A stretch of 64,000 bases of DNA from the human T2T-CHM13v2.0 reference genome, Homo sapiens. A program made the translations under genes and the position numbers. Under the pieces are notes generated by a model. It saw only the letters and a list, made by a program, of their open reading frames with translations. It did no database searches and had not been told where the DNA came from. Within the stretch, counting starts at the first letter, position 1, and each line of letters starts with the position of its first letter. The stretch lies in NCBI RefSeq assembly GCF_009914755.1, contig NC_060936.1. The stretch is one strand, 5' to 3'. Positions 60,801 through 64,000 of the stretch are shown here, in pieces.

Positions 60801-63220
60801 GCTTTCTTTTGATTCAGCAGGTTGGAAACTCTTTTTAGAGTATATGTGAAGGGACAATTTGATGCCCACTTAGACCTATCAGGAAAACCAAATACCCCAA
60901 TAAAAGCTAGAAAGAAGCTATCTGTGAAACTGCTTTGTGATGTGTGGATTCATCTCAAAGAGTTAAACCTTTCTTTTGACTCAGCAGGTTGGAAAACTTT
61001 ATTTCAAAAATCTGCAAAGGGATATTAGGAGCCCATTGAAGCCTCTGGGAAAAAACTGAATATCCCCAAATAAAAACTTGAAAAAAGCTAACTGTGAAAC
61101 TGCTTTGTGATGTGTGGATTCATCTCACAGGGTTAAACCTTTCCTTTGATTCAGCAGGTTGGAAACACTCTGCTGGGATAATCTGCAAAGGGACATTTGG
61201 GTACCCATTGTGGCCTATGTGGAAAAACAGAATACCCCCAAGTAAAAACTAGAAAGAAGCTATCTCTGAAACTGCTTTGATGTGTGAGGATGCATCTCAT
61301 AGAGTTAAAGACTTATTTTCATTCTGCAGGTTTGAAACACTGTAGAATCTGTGAAGGGATATTTGGGACCCATCCAGGCCTTTGGGGAAAGACTGAATAT
61401 CCCTAGATATAAACTAGAAAGGGGCTATTTGTGAAACTGCTTTGGGATGTGAAGATTCATCTAACAGAGTTAAACCTTCCTTTTCATTCAGCAGTTTGGA
61501 AACAATTATTTTGGAGAATGTACAAAGGGACATTTGGGATCCCATGGAGGCTTATGGAGAAAAACCGAAAATCCCCAGATGAAAACTAGAAGGAGCTATC
61601 TGCGAAATTGCTTTGTGATGTGTGGATTCATCTCACAGAGTAAAAACTTTCTTTTGATTAAGCAGGTTGGATATACCCTATTTGGAGAATTTATGAATGG
61701 ACATTTGGAGGCCATTGAAGCCTATATTAAAAAAATGAATATCTCCAGATAAAAACTAGAAAGATGCTATCTGTAAATCTGCTTTGTGATGTGTAGATTC
61801 ATCTCACATTGCTAAACTTTCTTTTGATTCAACAGGTTGGAAATACTTTTTCTGATGGGTCTGTGAAGGGACATTTAGGAGCCCAGCGAGGCCTATTGAA
61901 AGAAATGGAATATCTTCAGATAAAAACGAGACAGAAGCTATCTGTGAAACTGCTTTGTGATATTTGGATTCATCTCAGAGTTAAACCTTTCTTTTCATTC
62001 AGCAGGTTGAAAACACTCTTTGTAGAATCTGTGAAGAGACATTTGGTAGCCCATTGAGGCCTATGGAGTAAAACTTAATATTCCTTGATACATCTAGAAA
62101 GAAGCTATCTGTAAAACTGCTTTATGATGTGTGGTTTCATCTCACAGAGTTAAACTTTTATTTTGATTCAGCAGGTTGGATACACTCTTTTTGTATCATC
62201 TGCAAAGGGATATTTTGGAGCCCATTGAGGCCTAAGGGAAAAAACAGAATATCCCCTGATAAAAACTAGAAAGACCCTATCTGTGAAATTGCTTTGTGAT
62301 GTGTGGATTCATCACAATGAGTTAAACCTGTCTTTTGATTCAGCAGGTTGGAAACACTCTTTTTGTAGGATTTGCAAAGGGACATTTGGGAGCCCCTTGA
62401 GGCATAAAGAAAAAACCTGAATATCTTCAGATAAAAACCAGAAAGAACCTATCTGTGAAACTGCTTTGTGGTGTGTGGATTCATCCCACAGAGTTAAACT
62501 TTTTTGTTTTTCAGCAGACTGGAAACACCCTTTTTGAAGAATCTGCAAAGAATCACTGGGGAGCCTATTGAGGCCTATGGGGAAAAGCAGAATATCTCCT
62601 GTTAAAAACTAGTAAGAAGTGATCTGTGTAACCCCTTTGTGATGTGTGCATTCACCTCACAGAGTTAAAACTTTCTTTTGATTCAGCAGGTTGGAAACAC
62701 TCTTTTTAGGGAATATGTGAAGGGAAACTTAAGAGCATATTGATTCCTATGAGGAAAAAGTGAATACCCCAGATAAAAACTAGAAAGAAGCTATCTGAGA
62801 AACTGCTTTGTTTTGTGTGGATTCATCCAACAGAGTTAAAAGTTTCTTTTGATTCAGCAGGTTGGAAACACTCTTTTTGTAGAATATGTGAAGGGACATT
62901 TGGGAGCCCATTGAGGTCCATGGGGGAAAACCAAATATCCTCAGATAAAAGCTAGAAACAAGCTGTCTGTGAAACTGCCTTGTTATATGTGGGTTCATCT
63001 CACAGGTTAAAACTTTCTTTTTATTCAGCAGTTTGGAAACACTCTTTTTGTAGAATCAGTGAAGCAACATTTGGGAGTCCATTGAGGCTTATGGGGAAAA
63101 AAAGGATGTCTATCCTCAGATAAAAACTAGCAAGAAGCTATCTGTGAAAGTGCTTTGTGATGTGTGGATTCATCTCACAGAGTTAAACCTTTTTTTGATT
63201 CAGCAGGTTGGAAACAATGT
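51875..63220 (+). repeat. Distinct monomeric alpha satellite family (probably a separate, older layer)
   Basis: Consistent diagnostics: GTGTGGATTCATC, GATTCAGCAGGTTGG, GGGACATTTGGGAGCCCATTG, GGGGAAAAAC.GAATATCCCCAG, AAGCTATCTGTGAAAC. Confidence 0.93.
52637..52670. repeat. Short A/AT-rich low-complexity expansion inside a monomer
   Basis: AAAAAAAATATATAAATATATGTATACATATC replaces the usual AAAAAC.GAATATC. Confidence 0.6.
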
Positions 63221-63341
63221 TGAAAGGAGAAGAAAGAGAGATCAGACTGTTACTGTGTCTATGTAGAAAGGGAAGACATAAGAAATTCTATTTTGACCTG
63301 TACTTTGAAAAATTGCTTGGCTGATATGCTGTTAATTTGTA

Positions 63342-63380
63342 ACTTTGCCCCAGCCACTTTGCCCCAGCCACTTTGCCCCA
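63342..63380 (+). repeat. 14-bp tandem repeat (ACTTTGCCCCAGCC x ~2.8) in LTR U3
   Basis: Directly visible: ACTTTGCCCCAGCC ACTTTGCCCCAGCC ACTTTGCCCCA. Confidence 0.9.
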
Positions 63381-63769
63381 AATTTGAGCTCACAAAAACA
63401 TGTGTTGTATGGAATCAAGGCTTAAGGGATCTAGGTCTGTGCAGGACATGCCTTGTTAACAAAACGTTTACAAGCATTATGTTTGATAAAAGTCATTGTC
63501 ATTCTCTAGTCTCAATAAACCAGGGGCACAATGTACTGTGAAAAGCCACAGGGACCTCAGCCTTGGAAAGCTGGGTATTGTCCCAGGTTTCTCCCCATGT
63601 GATAGTCTTAAATATGGCCTCTTGGGATGAGAAAGACCTGACTATCCCCCAGCTCAACACCTGTATGGGGTCTGTGCTGAGATGGATTAATAAAAGAGAA
63701 AAGCCTCTTGCAGTTGAGATAGAGGATGGTCACTCTCTCCTGCCTGCCCCTAGGAACTGAATGTCTCAG

Positions 63770-63776
63770 TATAAAA
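63770..63776 (+). promoter_or_regulatory. TATA-like element of the HML-2 LTR
   Basis: TATAAAA ~550 bp into the LTR in the conserved GTATAAAACCCG context; function at this copy is untested. Confidence 0.5.
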
Positions 63777-64000
63777 CCCGATTGTACATTTGTTCAATTC
63801 TGAGATAGGAGAAAAGCTACCCTATGGTGGGAGGCGAGACATAGTGGCAGCAATGCTGCCTTGTTATTCTTCACTCCACTGAGATGTTTGGGCTGAGAGA
63901 AACATAAATCTGACCTATGTGCACATCCACGCATAGTACCTCCCCTTGAACTCAATTATGACATAGATTCTTTTGCTCAGATTTTTTTTGCTGACCTTCT

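Larger units (their letters stand above)
63221..64000 (+). mobile_element. HERV-K (HML-2) LTR, LTR5A-like, truncated by the window edge
   Basis: Starts TG...AGAAAGAGAGATCAGACTGTTACTGTGTCTATGTAGAAAG and contains the LTR5 core GGTTTCTCCCCATGTGATAGTC..AAATATGGCCTC and GTATAAAACCCGATTGTAC; the ACTTTGCCCCAGCC repeats and GGGAAGACATAAG match my recollection of LTR5A rather than LTR5_Hs. Confidence 0.92.

Noticed and set aside
1-63220. Dozens of 60-115 aa ORFs with recurring motifs (FPNCSIKR, KLLCDVCIHLTEL), superficially like a repeat-protein or Cys/His family
   Set aside because: They are translations of the 171-bp satellite (171 is a multiple of 3), occur in all frames and both strands, are full of stops and have no gene structure
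1-63220. CRISPR-like or other prokaryotic repeat array
   Set aside because: No repeat-unique spacer alternation; the whole 171-bp unit repeats, and primate L1 and HERV-K elements fix the origin
1-63220. CENP-B boxes / active centromere core
   Set aside because: The box position reads CTATGGTGAAAAAGGAA-like (A type) in the monomers inspected and divergence is high; no TTCGnnnnAnnCGGG seen by eye, although a motif scan is needed to be exhaustive
63293-63760. ORFs of 82 and 65 aa in the LTR
   Set aside because: They lie in non-coding U3 sequence, with non-ATG starts and no recognisable retroviral protein motifs

Overview
Primate (hominoid, most likely human) pericentromeric DNA. About 94% of the window is diverged ~171-bp alpha satellite with A-type (pJalpha-like) monomers; I saw no canonical CENP-B box. 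It is interrupted by three retroelements: a 5'-inverted, 3'-truncated L1PA3/4-like LINE-1 (3630-6054), a short L1PA2-like 3' fragment (12627-13159) and an HERV-K(HML-2) LTR5A-like LTR running off the right edge (63221-64000). There are no genuine host genes; the ORF track is satellite translation noise plus L1 ORF2 debris. The satellite is layered. Positions 1-17776 run opposite to the conventional alpha orientation and carry relics of a 5-mer and a clear 6-mer higher-order repeat. Positions 17794-51870 are conventional-orientation monomers with two strictly dimeric islands, a ~1 kb inversion and a one-monomer inverted insertion. Positions 51875-63220 are a distinct monomer family with a sharp boundary. 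I found no new protein-coding system. The most interesting signals are the fossil HORs and repeated fold-back/templated-insertion scars, several of them at the monomer's own quasi-palindrome. For satellite features, strand '+' means the conventional reading ...CTGAGAAACTGCTTTGTGATGTGTGCATTCA... Family and subfamily calls are from recalled consensus sequences, not from a search.
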